A stretch of DNA of 32,000 nucleotides from assembly GCF_000014265.1 (NCBI RefSeq), contig NC_008312.1, forward strand, positions 1,320,001-1,352,000. The letters run 5' to 3'. The position numbers and the translations under genes were made by a program. How positions within the stretch are numbered: position 1 is the first letter of the stretch; each line of letters begins with the position of its first letter. Under the pieces are notes generated by a model, which ran no database searches, was not told where the DNA came from, and saw nothing but the letters and a program-made list of their open reading frames with translations. This document shows positions 29,701-32,000 of this stretch, one piece after another. Origin of the DNA: Trichodesmium erythraeum IMS101 (GTDB taxonomy: Bacteria; Cyanobacteriota; Cyanobacteriia; Cyanobacteriales; Microcoleaceae).

Positions 29701-32000
29701 CCAGACGAGTGCAATGTCTCTAGTAGATCAATGTTTGTCCAGAGGACACCAACCAGAAATTGTGTTAATTGAAATTTGGCTATGGTAACAATACATCATT
29801 CTTAAATCAACTAGAGAAAAGAAGTTTAACTTATATAGGAGGATTAGCTAAAAATCGAAAAGTCATCATTAAAAAACAAGATGACATTAAAGAGGAAATT
29901 AGATTAGACAAGCTGGCAGAAAGTATACCTCAGAAAGCTTTCAACTTAGTTCAACTAAGTACAAAAAATGCTAGAGAAGTTTGGGTAGCTACATTAGAAG
30001 TAGAAATATCTAGGATGTCAGGTCAAAAAACTATAGCTATCGTTATGAATGCTAAAAGTTTTTCTGAGGCCACTGATATTAACTATTATATCACTAATAG
30101 AGAAGACAAATATGTAACTCCTGAGTGGATATATTCTACTTATTCTCAAAGAAATTGGGTGGAAGTTTTCTACAGGGAAGCCAAAGGATGGTTAGGATTA
30201 AGAGAATATCAAGTCAGAGATAAAATCAGCCTTAAAAGGCATTTTATTTTAGTATTTTGTGCTTATACATTTATTATCTGGCATCAGTTAACAGGAGGTA
30301 TAAGAAGGCGTTGGGCTAACAAACCATTAAATACGTTTACTGATACTTTAGAAGCATTTCGTACCGCAATATCTTATCGTTTTGTTGAGTGGTTAGATGA
30401 AAACATCGACGTATTTACCGCTCATAAAGAGAGTTTAGGGTTTGTTTGGGCTTGAAATTTGCTAAAGTCCCGTTAGGGATTTTTCATAGAAATTTGGGCT
30501 GACAAGGTTTTATTGCGATATGCGCAATAGGAGTTTTTACTCACTTACTTCGGCTCAGTCAGATTAATTCATCTAAATCTCAAATATTGTCTGAGATAGT
30601 TTGATTAGGGATTTTTCATAGAAATTTGGGCTGACAAGGTTTTATTGCGGTATGCGCAATAGGAGTTTTTACTCACTTACTTCGGCTGACAAGGTTTTAT
30701 TGCGATATACGCAATAGGAATTTTTACTCACTTACTTCGACTCAGTCAGATTAATTCATCTAAATCTCAAATATTGTCTGAGATAGTTTGATTAGGGATT
30801 TTTCATAGAAATTTGGGCTGACAAGGTTTTATTGCGGTATGCGCAATAGGAGTTTTTACTCACTTACTTCGGCTGACAAGGTTTTATTGCGATATACGCA
30901 ATAGGAATTTTTACTCACTTACTTCGACTCAGTCAGATTAATTCATCTAAATCTCAAATATTGTCTGAGATAGTTTGATTAGGGATTTTTCATAGAAATT
31001 TGGGCTGACAAGGTTTTATTGCGATATGCGCAATAGGAGTTTTTACTCACTTACTTCGGCTGACAAGGTTTTATTGCGATATGCGCAATAGGAATTTTTA
31101 CTCACTTACTTCGGCTCAGTCAGATTAATTCATCTAAATCTCAAATATTGTCTGAGATAGTTTGATTAGGGATTTTTCATAGAAATTTGGGCTGACAAGG
31201 TTTTATTGCGATATGCGCAATAGGAGTTTTTACTCACTTACTTCGGCTGACAAGGTTTTATTGCGGTATGCGCAATAGGAGTTTTTACTCACTTACTTCG
31301 GCTCAGTCAGATTAATTCATCTAAATCTCAAATATTGTCTGAAATAGTTTGATTAGGGATTTTTCATAGAAATTTGTGCTGACAAGGTTTTATTGCGATA
31401 TGCGCAATAGGAGTTTTTACTCACTTACTTCGGCTGACAAGGTTTTATTGCGATATGCGCAATAGGAATTTTTACTCACTTACTTCGGCTCAGTCAGATT
31501 AATTCATCTAAATCTCAAATATTGTCTGAGATAGTTTGATTAGGGATTTTTCATAGAAATTTGGGCTGACAAGGTTTTATTGCGATATGCGCAATAGGAG
31601 TTTTTACTCACTTATTTCGGCTGACAAGGTTTTATTGCGATATGCGCAATAGAAGTTTTTACTCACTTACTTCGGCTCAGTCAGATTAATTCATCTAAAT
31701 CTCAAATATTGTCTGAGATAGTTTGATTAGGGATTTTTCATAGAAATTTGGGCTGACAAGGTTTTATTGCGATATGCGCAATAGGAGTTTTTACTCACTT
31801 ACTTCGGCTCAGTCAGATTAATTCATCTAAATCTCAAATATTGTCTGAGATAGTTTGATTAGGGATTTTTCATAGAAATTTGGGCTGACAAGGTTTTATT
31901 GCGATATGCGCAATAGGAGTTTTTACTCACTTATTTCGGCTGACAAGGTTTTATTGCGGTATGCGCAATAGGAGTTTTTACTCACTTATTTCGGCTCAGT
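26797..32000. repeat. Higher-order non-coding tandem array of X (77 nt) and Y (55 nt) modules, 187-nt X-Y-Y unit; continues past the window end; interrupted by an IS at 29097-30472
   Basis: X starts at 26797, 26984, 27171, 27358, 27545, 27732, 27919, 28106, 28348, 28535, 28722, 28854, 29041, 30553, 30740, 30927, 31114, 31301, 31488, 31675, 31807 and 31994. There are 40 Y copies. Differences between copies are scattered single-base variants only. Outside the inserted IS, no ORF of 60 aa or more occurs on either strand. Confidence 0.97.
29097..30472 (+). mobile_element. IS701-like element, copy 2 (1376 bp, complete ends, frameshifted transposase)
   Basis: Terminal inverted repeats are CGGGACTTTAGTGAA (left) and the reverse complement of TTGCTAAAGTCCCG (right), identical over the first 11 bp. 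It is flanked by a TTAG direct repeat (29093-29096 and 30473-30476). Removing IS plus one TTAG restores an intact X unit. The transposase is split over at least 4 frame segments (29183-29425, 29331-29522, about 29476-29772, 29769-30455). Confidence 0.85.

Noticed and set aside
26797-32000. Possible CRISPR array
   Set aside because: Every segment between the putative repeats is itself one of the same two repeated modules. There are no unique spacers, the period is 187 nt, and there are no cas genes in the window.

Overview
AT-rich cyanobacterial chromosome segment. HIP1 palindromes (GCGATCGC) recur throughout, e.g. 415-422, 6227, 12084, 12201, 13022, 17274, 21546 and 24914. Coding density is low, roughly 40-45% by my tally. 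Together these suggest a Trichodesmium-like filamentous cyanobacterium; that is an inference, not a database result. Confident housekeeping genes are dnaX (-), ppc (+), an SLH/OprB-type outer-membrane porin (-), a 2Fe-2S-ferredoxin-domain protein with a downstream membrane protein (-), a CADD/PqqC-like diiron protein (-) and metE (-). Decayed material includes a ribokinase N-terminal pseudogene cut off by a degenerate IS5-like element, a second IS5-like transposase remnant, a multiply disrupted RTX-repeat surface-protein gene with a paralogous fragment 5 kb away, and two frameshifted IS701-like elements. The dominant feature is a non-coding higher-order tandem array from 26797 to beyond the window end. 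It is built from two modules, X (77 nt, 22 copies) and Y (55 nt, 40 copies), mostly as a 187-nt X-Y-Y unit. One dead IS701-like copy is inserted in the array with a clean TTAG duplication, and another abuts its left edge. The second notable signal is a pair of homologous ~110-nt structured-RNA candidates on the minus strand. One sits in the metE leader and one is an orphan copy upstream of dnaX. Each lies directly downstream of a -10 box, and their helices are supported by compensatory and G-U changes. I could not assign them to a known riboswitch class by eye. Several kb of gene desert contain a near-consensus promoter, a small ORF with a perfect Shine-Dalgarno, and a long hairpin element.
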